In this document: in pieces, positions 1 to 12,100 of the stretch | Layout: every line of letters starts with the position of its first letter | Position numbering within the stretch: position 1 is the stretch's first letter | NCBI GenBank assembly: GCA_002256025.1 | Contig: NKIB01000176.1 | Coordinates: forward strand, 1-34,666 | DNA from: Asterionella formosa | Lineage: Eukaryota | Direction of reading: 5' to 3' | Length of the DNA: 34,666 bases | Position numbers and translations under genes: made by a program | The notes under the pieces: model-generated | What the model was told of the DNA's origin: nothing | Seen by the model: the letters and a program-made list of their open reading frames with translations, nothing else | Databases searched by the model: none

Positions 1-630
1 AACTGGAATCATTTCGTCGTCTCAGCTCTGCTGGTGATGAAGCGATTTGTGATCTAAGCGCTTGCAACGCTAGTGACTTTGTTCAAGTTGAGGCCACCAA
101 ATGCCCTTCGGTTTCTGATTATCCACATAATTTGTGGATAAATTATAATTTTCTTGGGAAATCTTACGAAGTAAGTTTCAAAAAAGGAGAGTCAAAAACC
201 ATCCGAATTTTATCACTCATATTTTTCATTCACTTCACTCTCTGCTGTAATGTATTCTTAGGACCGAGTCTGCTGCAGCCTTAATGTAATTGTAATATCT
301 TCGGAGTCCTGCCCGGTCAAAGAAATCAATGAAGTCCATTTTGGGTTCATCTTTTTCTTTTTCTTTTTCTGGGTTTTCAATTTTCTAGTTCTTTTATTCA
401 TTTGTTCGCCTAATTTCTTTGCTTGTGTTAAATGGTTACATGGTCCACGTGAAAGAAAGGTCCAAACTAATTTTTCAGCTTTGCCGCATGACAACGGACC
501 ATTCATGACGGGATCAGAACAGTCAATGCCGATTGAGTTTCTTCCTACAAATGCTCCTTCAACTCATGTTGCACCTGCTAGCCACTGCATTGCAGATAGG
601 GATACTTCTGGTGAATCGTTGTCGCCCTGA
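1..630 (+). CDS. 3' end of an unknown single-pass membrane protein gene (partial; exons <1..170 and 262..630)
   Basis: Frame from nt 3 is open to a GTAAGT donor at 171. The intron ends at TTCTTAG (261). Phase-0 splicing continues DRVCCSLNV... to TGA at 628-630. The product has a Cys-rich segment, a hydrophobic stretch FGFIFFFFFFWVFNFLVLLFICSPNFFACV and a polar tail. It is absent from the ORF track because it has no start codon in the window. Confidence 0.75.
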
Positions 631-1223
631 TATTTGTCGAATAGGGACTGCGATTCTGAGCACCAAAACAAGTTTTTGAATCTGTAGATACTTCTAATTC
701 TGAAAACCCATTGTTAGCGAAACGTTATGGGTGCTGGTTGATACCAATAGTACTGGGCACCTATCAAAATTTGGCTTGGAACTTCAAAAATCATCAGTGA
801 GCTCAGATGAGTAGAAAAAACTAATATGCACTGCAAACCATGGCTGATGGCTCAGCATGTTGTGGTAGCGCTCCTTGCTTGTGCTGCATGAAAGAAGCCA
901 GAGCCCATCGAAAATTTAATACAAGAAATTATGATTTCCCTCGTGTCAAGCAACATGATTTTTCTCGGAGTCAGCATGAGGAAATACAATCCACTTTTTT
1001 ACCTGTATTTCTTCTATGTTATGCGCTGATCATAACTGTATTCAATGTTTCGCAGTTAAAACTGTAGAGTTTTTAATGCTACATTCATAAATCACAGAGT
1101 CATAGGCCGCTTTATCTAAAAGCTCACTGCCATGCTGCAGATGGGTATTCATTTAAACATTCAGGAAATTACAGTTATGATTAAAATACGAAGAGAGGTA
1201 ACTTTATGGCCCTGATTTATGCA

Positions 1224-3873
1224 TTATATCGATGCAACAAAGTCCTTGGCAGTTGCATACCCTTCCTTCTCTTTTTCACTCATGAGCTGCTCGACCACCA
1301 CAATATCTGCATCCGTAACTTCTCCAACAGCTCTTTTCAACACCATGGCTGCAAAGTAGGCAGGCTTTCCAGAAGATCGGAAATACTCGGGACCCGACAA
1401 TAAGAAGTCAAAAGTCAAGGCATTGGTAGTGATGAACTCGGCAACAATCATGGCCAAGTGAGCACGTGCGAAAGGCGCATCAATCTCGATATCATTGAGG
1501 AATTCCAACGGATCATTTAGTCCCTTCGCCAAGGAAGTCTTTTCCAACTTGCCGTCATTGAGACATTGATTGAAAAGTGCCATCATCTTCTTCACATTTT
1601 CTTCCTTCATCTCCATTACTAGCAAGCATCCCGTTTCAATCACCTTGGCGCCACGATCAATGGATCCATTATGACCGGCTCCGACCAATTCATTGATTGA
1701 AACAATGGCATCATCTTTCTCTCCGCTCACAAAGTACTCCTTAAGAACATTTCTTGTCTTCGCCTCAATATCTTTGACACCGAGAAACGCCTTTGATGGC
1801 TTGGGTGGTGGCGCAGGATTCTTCGGAGCAACCGAAAAGGATTGAGACCGACCTAAGCTGTGTTTTGGTGGCATTGGAGTCGTGGCAGTTTCTGACACGC
1901 TTCGACTCAGGTTGGAATAGGAGGCAGCTCGTGGTACCACATGAACAAATCCATCATCGTCAACAATTGGTTTCAAGGATCCGGATCGTTGGTTCATCAA
2001 AGATCGTTTGGACGACGACCTTCGAGCGGCGTTGGCTTCTTCTTTGGCGACTTCTTGGTGTATCTGGTCAATCGTCTTTGCTGTCAATTCCTTTCTTCGC
2101 GTGACCCATCCTGTAAACAAAAATATGCAGATCAACTATTTTAGCGGCGAATGTTCCAAATATCAAGCAAATCTTTTGGGCAGTGCACATGTGCCTGTGT
2201 CTGCACGGATCCCAAAACTTACCGTTGTCTCGCATTTCAATCAAATCCAGCAACATGAACTTCATTCTTGGACTCACTTGTGTCGATGCTGCCATGTCAT
2301 GTACAGTTGTCCAGCATGTTTCCAAGTCAAGTGCTGGTTTGCCCTTGCCTACTTGAAGCAGAGCTGCTGACTGCTGTTCCAATGAAAATCCAATCGTGGA
2401 CATTAACTTGCAAAAGCACTCCACCTTTTCTTCTTCAGACACATCATCCAGCAACGTTGTCAAACACCACAACATGATATCAATTTTAATCATGTCTCCT
2501 TTATATAGTTCGCCAATAAAGCGCATATGTCCCAAGTACTTTTTCTTAATCAGAGCAGCCATATAGGCCTGTTCTTCTGGGTCCTTGGTATTCTCCACTG
2601 CATGCGCCATTTTGGACGAAAAGTCTTCTTCAAATTCCTTTTGGCAATGTGTGAGCAAAAGTTTCTTAAAAATCTTTTTGTTTCCACCAAACTCCGTCTT
2701 GGACAGTTTCAAGCATAGCATGGCATACATGTTCGAAAAGTGTGGTTCCGCTTGTGCCTTTTCCAAGATGAGAGCAATAGCACCTGTTAGGCATTCTGTC
2801 GAACGACCAATACCAGTCTCAATAAAGGCGTCGGATAGCTTTTCAAAAGTAGTCAAGGAGAGCTTGTTGAGAATGAGCAGTGCTCGTTTCAAGATATCTT
2901 CGTTCGATTCCTCAGTCTTGGTTTCCTCATTGGCATTACTAGTTCCATCAAATACCTTACTCTTCCACCTGGTATCATCATTGACAAGCAATGGCTTACA
3001 ATCCTCGAGGGGTGGTGCCGTTTCCTTGCCAACACTTCGACGAGGATGAGGCCGGGAGGACACATCTCCCGTTTTCCGAGGTGCTCTGGATGTGATAATG
3101 GCAATCCGATCTTCTGCCAACCAATGCACATCAGGTGGAGCCGTAAAGTTGGTAAGTGATGGCACTAAATACAAGTGTCGTAGTTGTAAACATGTCTCCA
3201 CCGTGTATCGCACAACATTTCGTTGATCTTGTGTTTCTCCACTTCCTGGAGTACATAGTTTGACATGTGTAGTAATAGTTTGAGATGTTTGATGCCCACC
3301 CGTAGCAGTAGTAGTAGTAGATGGTTGTTTGGACGACACCTTGGATGGTGGTGCAGCAGTCCCTCGTCCAGAGGTCGTTGTTGTTGTTGTCGTACGAGTA
3401 CCACCACGTCCTCCTGTTCCTGTAGTACCATGAGGACCAGTTCCTCGACTTCCTCCACTTCGACCACCTCCACTTCGACCCTTGTTGTTGGAGGAGTTAC
3501 CACCACGACCAGGACGAGCTTGTGGTGGAGGTGGCTGGTGTGGCTGAGATGATGATGATGATGGAGGTGGAGGCGCCCGAATGGCGTCAGATGGTTTTTG
3601 TCCCCAAGCTCCCTGCAAGAATAGAATAGGATAGAATAGAATCGCATCCACGAGGAGAGTAACACATGTGTGAGCACATACATGCAGTGAGTATTCCAAT
3701 ATGTCCTATGATACAAAGTACATATTTCATACAATCTGCTCTCAGACACAAAATGAACCGTCACCACATTTGTTGCAAACTTATTATTATAATTCCCGAT
3801 AAAACAAAATGATGGAAACTGAGCAGATCTCCACCCTTTGTCTTTGTCTGTCCACGTCTTGACTTACTGGCAT
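1224..3873 (-). CDS. eIF4G: Eukaryotic translation initiation factor 4G (MIF4G + MA3 domains), 3 exons: 3873-3868, 3612-2223, 2110-1224; ~760 aa
   Basis: MIF4G motifs ILNKLS, ILEKAQAEPHFSNMYAMLC, GHMRFIGELYK, EKVECFCKLMSTIG and SPRMKFMLLDLIEMRDN(GW). C-terminal MA3 motifs LKEYF and DIEIDAPFA. Intron 3867-3613 (GTAAGT...TTGCAG, phase 0) and intron 2222-2111 (GTAAGT...TTACAG, phase 1) give a continuous 2283-nt frame. Confidence 0.93.
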
Positions 3874-3959
3874 GGTGTTGTTACAGTTTGATGTCAATAA
3901 TGGTGAATGCTGGACGAATAATTGCTTTCCAAAGCTGTAATAGAGTCTACTAACATTCT

Positions 3960-4420
3960 ATGTACCGGTACCCTGGTACCAGCACCCTAGTATTATACAT
4001 ATCGACACTGGTATATACTCTGCCTGGTAGCTAAATATGATGCAAAAATGAACGGATAACAATAAAATTTAAGACACCCCTCACATAATGGGTACGTGCT
4101 CTCACGTGGTACTCCAACCTGGTATGTTCCAGCACCACTGGTACCGGTATGTAAGTACATCACACCATTCTGATAGTACCAGGTACCAGGTACATAGAAT
4201 GCATAATCAATGACACCTTTTATGATTAGCCTTCTTCACATACCGGTACGTCTGTGCACACTTCTTCTTACGCAACCACATACCGGTACTTACTTATATG
4301 ACAACAAGAAACTGTCTGCCCCAAATCAGTACCAGGTACCAGGTACTGTACCTGGTACGCATAGTTATCATCAGACTGGTACTGGTACTGGTACTGGTAC
4401 CAGGGTACTTAGTCCTCTAC
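3960..4420. repeat. Cluster of TACC(W)GGTA / GGTACC palindromic short repeats upstream of eIF4G
   Basis: GTACCGGTAC 3962, TACCAGGTACCAGGTAC ~4177, TACCGGTA 4241 and 4281, TACCAGGTACCAGGTACTGTACCTGGTA 4330-4357, (ACTGGT)4 4375-4398. Confidence 0.9.
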
Positions 4421-5094
4421 ATACTAGGAGTTTGTATCATTTCAGCATTCTCAAGACAGTACATTCCTCCCAACCTTCATATATACGGTATTATGTATGT
4501 ACGAGTACAAATAATACCCACAATGACCCAAATACAGGTTGAAGGATGACCACCAAAAAAGCTAAAATTCACAAATACACCTGACTGACCTGCCAGTAGG
4601 ATATATGGATTGGACAATGATTCCAAGATTGGAAAAACACCATCAGATCAAATAAAGCAATCATGTTGTGCTGATGAGGCAGAGCTGCATATGGGCTGCA
4701 TGTCTGCTGATGTGGCCCTGCAGATCAGTTTCACACAAAAACAAAAAAAACTGCTGCCTACTTTTTGGAAAATAGTAATTGCAGTTATTAATGCCTGAAT
4801 CAAAAAGAACTCAACACCACCAGAGTGTTGATGCTGCCTGGCTTTTCTAAATATAGTTGCTCAAATAGCTAGTACATATCAATTCTACTTCGAGGTGATC
4901 AGCTTCCATGTGACTTTATATAGTAGTAGCAAAACTTTTAGTTACCTGTTCATCAGATGAAACGTGGCATCATGGTTGGCAGTCCTTCTTGTTGTACCTC
5001 ATTGGAGCATTGGAGAGTGTAATACAATTCTTGGGATTAAAAGCAAAAAGTTGTTTCCTACTATGATTTAGAGGGGAAGATGATCAAGATGAAT

Positions 5095-6262
5095 GTCTAC
5101 CGGTAGTCTGCTTCTTCTAAAATAAGCGTATGCATATGCAATAGAATTCCAGTATACCGGTATATGTTTGCTACCTTGCACATGCCACATCTAAGCAAAG
5201 AACATCTACGTACATCATCTCTCGCTACCAGGTACCAGGTACTGTACCTGGTAGCGAGTAGTTACCCGTACTGCTCGTTGATGAGATCATCGACGAAGTT
5301 CGAGGAATGTCCTATACCGGTTCATATATTTATGTTACTATTAGCAAACAAGGATGTCTCTCGAATTTCCACGTACAACCGGTTGTCTATACAAATACCG
5401 GTAGTAATGAATATGCATGATATACCGGCAGAACAATCAATGATCGCAGAACAAATGAATATTTGCTTTACCAGTGGTCACATCGTATTTCACGTGGAAT
5501 GAGCATTGCGAGCGTCAGGCAGACGTGCCAGATACCAGGATACCTGGTGCTACATACTGACTCTGGTAACTGGTAATTAACTAGGAGGTACACCTACCGG
5601 TATTTTTAGATGATGATGCTAATGATGATGTACTCTGAGTACAATCATAAACAATGACTATTAAAAGTGAATACCGGTACCTGGTAACTGGTACCTTCTG
5701 TAGCCCCTCCTATGAAGATGTGTTTGTTATGTAGCAACCTGGTACCTGGTAGTGCGCGCGATGCATGCGTGATGCATTGGCAGCCAAGGAAAAACCGCAA
5801 TCATTACTTTTCTTGTCGTATCATGTCGTGGGAGTACCGGTAGTACAGTACATATTCCTAAATGGATTATCATGAAATAAACATGTACGTCTATGTACTC
5901 GCTGCATACCGGAACTGGTACCTGGTATCCTCATGTCAGTTTGTACGCTGGAGTACCAGGTACTGGTACCTGTTGCTCAGTATGATGCATTTTTCCTCTA
6001 CTACCGGTAGTATCATGGTCCGTTGTTTTCACTGGCGATGATGAGGAGGCAGGACCTGATGGCACTACATTATGTACCAGGGTACCAATAAACCTGTTGG
6101 GTGTATGGTACGCACGACGACTTGTGTGATGCATCATCACAGCAAAATAGGTGTACATAACAGCATGACTTCACAGAGCAGGTTTCTTCGCTGTATTGTA
6201 ATTATACAGTACCTGGCACTCTGTGGGGGAGTAGTCTACCAGGTACAAGGTGTACCTGGTTT
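5095..6262. repeat. Cluster of TACC(W)GGTA / GGTACC palindromic short repeats upstream of the riboflavin gene
   Basis: More than 15 copies. They include TATACCGGTATA ~5153, the same 28-mer as at 4330 (5226-5253), ATACCGGTACCTGGTAACTGGTACC ~5671 and TACTACCGGTAGTA 5999-6012. Confidence 0.9.
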
Positions 6263-6577
6263 GCATACTAGACGTAACTTTTATAGAGTTACCATGAATC
6301 ATATGTTATATTTTTGCTCATCCCTTTCATTTGTAGTTTCGTCGTTCCATGTTGGTTGGGTTTCACCTTCTGACATTCAATCTCTGATTATACAACCTCC
6401 TCTCTCTCCTTCGTCTCTTCCACTGATCACTGCATCAACCAAACGCCAAGAGCAACGCAATAAATAGCAGCAAGGACAAACGGAAACGGAAACTCAATCA
6501 CAAAAGCAAAAGCAAACCACTTGAGGGTCACTTCCATCGCGTTCCTCTCTCCCACAACCCTTCCTCCGACGTCCATA

Positions 6578-8440
6578 ATGCCAGAAGTACTATACAAACA
6601 ACGGATGCGAATGGACTTTCGTTCAATACTAGTCGTTTGGTCCTTGGTCTCCTTCTTTGCCTTTAAATCAGAAGCGCTTGCAACGTCGTTTGTCCCGCGC
6701 TCCCTCCGAGGCGGATCCACATTGCGACCGGCCGCCAGCTTGTTACAATCACCCACCAATAGCAACACTGGAGAATGGGACATTTCCAACGGAAGCATCA
6801 TTCATGACCAAACGGTCGATGCGGAGTTCGTGGCGGAAACCAATTTGCCAACAGATCTGGGACCCTGTCGCCTTCGAGCTTATCGCATCCCGCAATCCGA
6901 CAATGAGTTTGTTGGGAACGAGCCCTGTGTCATTTATGCTGCCGACAAGCCACCCTTTGGTAAGGATGGAAGCTTCGCAGAGGGTGTGCCAGTTCGTGTT
7001 CATGATCAATGTCTGACCAGTGAAGTCTTTGGATCGCAAAGGTACGCAAAACGGTTTTACAAGTCCTCGTTCACTCAATCCATGACACACTCACTCAAAT
7101 ATCTTCTCGATAGATGCGACTGCAAAGAGCAACTGAAAATGTCCTTGGCATACATTCAAGCCAACGGAGGAGCCATTATTTACTTGCAGCAGGAAGGACG
7201 CGGAATTGGACTCGCCAACAAGGTGGCAGCCTATGCCCTTCAGGATGTTGGGATGGATACGGTGGATGCCAATGTGCATTTGGGATTTGCTGAAGATTGT
7301 CGACAATACGGAGCCATTCCATCCATTTTGCAAGATATGAAGATTCAGAGTATTAAGTTGTTGACGAACAATCCAAGAAAAGTCAATCGTCTGACTGCCT
7401 TGGGGGTCAACGTTGTACAAACCTTGCCCATGGTAGTAAAACAGGCTAATCCATTCAATCGACGATACCTAGAAACAAAAGTATCAAGAATGAATCACAC
7501 CAACTTTGGTGCCATGTTGTTGGAACAGGATCAAATTATGACGTTTCCATTTAGAAAAACAGGGGCATCAGCCTTGAATGAGGCTGTCGCCCCGTCGAAT
7601 GGCGTCATGCTACCCAAACGACATGAGCAGCAGTCGCTATCCGAAAACGCTCCGCAAGAATCGGATGGGGTTACTGCGTCCAAGGATGGATACTGCTTTG
7701 GACGAGAATCTGTCGAAGCCGCCATTGCCGCAATCGCACAAGGAAAATTAGTTGTTGTTGTAGATGATATGGACCGAGAAAATGAGGGAGATTTTATCAT
7801 GGCAGCAGATTTATGTACACCAGAAGCAATGGCAACTATTGTCCGCTATTCGAGCGGTGTGGTGTGCATTGCCATGGAAGGACAACGGATGGATGAATTA
7901 AAATTGCCACCCATGGTGTCCCTCAACGAAGATCCAAAAGGAACTGCCTTTAGTGTCACCGTGGATGCTGTGAAGGAGAAAGGTGCGTTGGAAGGAATGG
8001 AGGTTTCTTGACAATGAAGGAACGAAAACGTATTTTCATTGAATGCTCTTTGTATCTATCCTACAAGACTACACTCACGTGTTTCCATTCAATATATAGG
8101 CATCACCACCGGAATTAGTGCTACAGATCGTTCCATTACCATTCGGACGTTGGCAAGCACCTTGACCGTTCCAACAGACTTGGCTCGACCAGGACATATT
8201 TTCCCATTGCGGGCAAAAGAGGGTGGTGTTTTGGAACGCGATGGACATACCGAAGCTTCGGTAGATTTGGCACGGTTGGCGGGTCGGCATCCATCAGGTG
8301 TGTTGTGTGAAATCGTGTCAGAAGATCATCCAACCGAAATGGCGAGACTTCCAGAGCTACGACGCTTTTGTCAAACACACGGGTATGTCTTGACAAGTAT
8401 TGTAGATTTGCAACAGTACAGACGAGATACAGAAAGTTGA
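6578..8440 (+). CDS. ribA/ribB: Plastid-targeted bifunctional GTP cyclohydrolase II / 3,4-dihydroxy-2-butanone-4-phosphate synthase (RibA domain first, RibB second); exons 6578(or 6605/6611)-7041, 7114-7982, 8100-8440
   Basis: GCHII motifs [45 protein letters not shown] and YLETK. DHBPS motifs [49 protein letters not shown] and LCEIV. Both introns are GT-AG (7042-7113, 7983-8099). A signal peptide is followed by ATS-FVP (ASAFAP-like). The start Met is uncertain. Confidence 0.95.
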
Positions 8441-9104
8441 ACCCATGCTGGCGATTACCAAAAAGAGCAAGGAGAAATATAGAACAAACAAACACGTTGA
8501 AAATTAATAGTATGTTATAAACGCTTCAAAATGCGTTTTTGGAGGGTTGCAGCATGTATGATATTGTGTGAATATGGTAAAGGCCTCCAACAAGGCAACG
8601 TTGAATTATGGTGCCAACCGCCACACAATGTATATATTTTTCTCACTAACAAATATCCACTTAATCATATATAATAGGGTCGCCCCGAAACTATCTTCCT
8701 ATTATCTAGAGTGTTGACAAACTTGACTCATTTGTATGGCTGATTACATATATTATCATGTTTTTATTTTGTTTTTTCCTCGGGAGATTTACATGTAGCA
8801 ATACCAAAAAGGCAACCAGCAAGGAGTACGTGTTTAGGACTGTTATTTTGAACTTAGCTGGCACATTTTTTGCAATTGTCAAATGTTCTATTTATAGTAT
8901 TCTGGTAGTTGTTTATTCATAAAGATACAGAGAACGCATCGAATTTAAATGATTAAGTGAATCGAATGTAATTTAACGAGACTTTCTCAATTAACTGTAC
9001 CCATTTATAGTCTACAAATAATTCATCTTAAAATTTTGTATGATCCAGGGCTACTTGACCTCAGTGACTTATGTCCATTGCAATGGGGTTGGCATAAAAA
9101 TATT

Positions 9105-12100
9105 TTATTTCAGAATATCTTGGAGCTCGGCTTCACTGAATCCACCATCTATACCTCCCGCACAAATATCGTGCTTCTTCTTCGCATCGTTAATCGAGTC
9201 TTCGAGCTGGTCCTCTTGCCGCTCGACCCTAATGTTTTCAATTTTAATTTCAATGGTGCCTTTAATTAAGTACCGATGCACATATGTTTTGTTAGTCTGT
9301 CCAATTCTGTTCACTCTTGCTATGGCTTGGGAATCAAGGCCACAGTTTAGAAGGGGCTCAATCATGAAGACATGGGTTGCTTCAACAAGCGTCAAACCTT
9401 CTGCACCATTCTTCACATTCAGCAGGAGAACAGAACATTCGTTGCTACGAAAACGTTTAATAGTGTCGCCGAGGCGTGACATGCTCTTGACACGGACGTA
9501 GCAAACGCCATTGGCCGCCATTGCATGTTCAACCACGTCAAGCATGTCCTCCCACTGCGAAAATACAATACTCTTGTCCCCTTGGTCAGTAACATCCATC
9601 AGATCTCCAAGAAGCCTTGTGACCTTTGTGCCCCAACTTCCTTCAACACTTCGCGTCCCCTTGGAGCCATCGTCCTTTCTTTTATCCGTGGCAATCATAA
9701 CTTCATCTCGCCTTGTTCTCTTGCTGCAGCGGAGAGGACATGAGATTGCACTGTGACCTGGAAATTGCGCCATCAATTTCTCCATGCAGGGGGATTGGTG
9801 AAAGAAATGTCCACATGCCAAGACAGCCCGCTCACCATGAAACGTGGAGAGACAAACAATACAGGTATTTTCATTGTCGTCGTCTTTCTTTCCGCTTTTC
9901 TTTCTTTCTTCTTCAGCTTTCCGGTCCATACTTTGATTGCGTAAATAGCGTAATGTCTGTGTATTCCGTCGTAAAGTGCCCAATGCCATTGCTTGTTTCG
10001 TGGCATGATCCATATGACGACTGGCTATATCCCACGGGGCGACAATGGCATTCAGCTCGTCATCGGTTAGTTTTGTAAGATCTTCGTCTTCTTGAGCCAA
10101 TCTCATGCTTCGTTTGCACTGATTCAATTCATCGATATCACTTAAAAGATCAAAATGAGTTGTCCAAACCTTTAGAGCCTTCTGGAGCTCGGTTTCATTG
10201 GCTTTTACAAGCTCAAAGAACTTGGCTGCTCGCTCATGTAATCTCACTTCCTTTATGGCAGAGCTCATTTTACCAGAGAACTTTGTATCCTTTAGCCATT
10301 TCCATAGTGTCTTGATAATGCACATGATTAAATGATCGGGCGGGAGCTTTCTCAAACTTGTTTCTAGGTTGCAATGCCGACAAGTAGGTCCAGTTTGATT
10401 CCAGTCTTCTCGACATTTACCACAACGACTGTTTTCGTAGATTTCCACTTCACTTGGTTGAGCTGATAACACTAGCACATCCTTCATTGCATTACTATGT
10501 GTATTGCCATCAAGGGTAGACAAGTAATCCATGAGACGAAAATTAAGCCCAGTACGAAGACCGTCAACATCCTGAAAGTTCGGAAATCCCTTGTAACGTT
10601 GCTGGTCAATCGGCCGAGAACGGAATTTTTGTCCTTCCACTGTATCAGTCACGAAGTCATCTAGCGCTACAGTCACCATATCACAAAGCCTCTCACGGTC
10701 ATGCAGGTCACCATGAATAAAACAGATAGCCAAAAGATCGTCCCACCAGAGATCTTGCCAAAGATCGGAAATTTCATGGTCTCGTATTCGATTGCTGAGG
10801 ACGAAGAATTCTTTCTCATATTTGTTTCGTTCACTGCTGTGATGCTGTAAATCTCGTTGACTCTCCAAGTGCGGTGCTCTGGCGGCATCCATATATAAAG
10901 ATTCAATTCGACGACTTTCTGAATGCATGCTCATCATCTTTTCTTCCATTTCTGCACTTGAAAGCTTCAAGCTCGAACAGCCCACGCCTAGCTGCTGCAG
11001 CGCCGACATAGAGAGTGACAGATTGTGAAGTACATGAAGACATTGCAAGCTATCCGACGCAACATCGGCTTCGAGCATTTGGATTTCCATGGCGACAACA
11101 AAAGTAACCATATCATCGGGGGTCACATGAAAGGAATTATTGTCGTCTAATGCAAAGTCATTGAGAAGCAATCGCCAACCTTTGGACTTATTGGTTCGAA
11201 AACCTCCCCGTGATAGCCACTCATCGCTAGTCGCTTTAGATGCCATATCAAAATCGACAACATCAACAAATTCGCCGCCAAGAGAAGAATGAGAAACCTG
11301 GAAGACGGCTGTTTTCGGGCTCAAAAGTTTACAATCCGAGCCAAGTTCCTCTTCAAATTCAGAAGGAATTGTCGATAGTGTCTTGAGGCGGGCTTCGGTG
11401 ATCTTCTTTGAAGGTCCCTCAAAGTCAAACCGAGCCCAGAGGTCACGTGTTTTCCTGTACTCGTCGCCTTGCATTTTGATCTTCCACATTAGAATGGCTT
11501 TTCCGTCACGCACAACTTTTCTCTGCGACAGGAATCCTAGGCATCCAGTAACAGCAGCTTCACCAACGAGCATAGTCGGCTTTGCATTTGTCTCTGAAAT
11601 TTCAAGTGACTCCATGTACGAGCTACAACTTTGTGCCAACAAAGATACATCGCTGTCAATGAAGTTGACGTAACCGCGAAACTTTGCTTCCACCTTGAGT
11701 CTAGACAATGAAGCCAATGCATTTGTATGCAGGATAGCTATACGTTGAGATTCCTCGCATTGCACCTTGGCGTCATCGATCAATCTGTCAAGAATCTGAT
11801 CCATTGTCAATACCCCGGTGCCAATACTAACCCCGCCATCGCCGTTGTTGCCCGCAGCGATTTTTCGCTTCTTACTAACTCTTCCAATGCCACTCGATCC
11901 CACTTGAGGATGACAACAAGCAGCGCGAAGTCTATGCAGATGGGCGGCTAGCAAATCGGTTTTTCCATTCCGCTTGGCTCGTCGACTCGCTTTCCCTACA
12001 ACCTCACTTGCTGCAACCATCGTCTTTTCCAGTTGTCGTTCGTAAAAGTGCTTTTCAATCGATGAGAAATTCAGCAACACTTTTTTCTCGATTTGCTCGG

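Noticed and set aside
258..506. 82-aa Lys-rich minus-strand ORF
   Set aside because: Antisense shadow of the Phe-rich TM exon of the plus-strand gene.
3960..6262. TACC repeat clusters as a CRISPR array
   Set aside because: The units are 6-9 bp, irregularly spaced and variable. There is no constant repeat-spacer period, no cas genes, and the context is eukaryotic.
4210..6467. Short ORFs containing YQVPGT / TRYQVLYLV / TGTGTG peptides
   Set aside because: They are translations of the TACCAGG/ACTGGT repeats and show no domain or coding signal.
6260..6580. FMN or TPP riboswitch near the riboflavin gene
   Set aside because: No recognisable aptamer consensus in the UTRs or introns.
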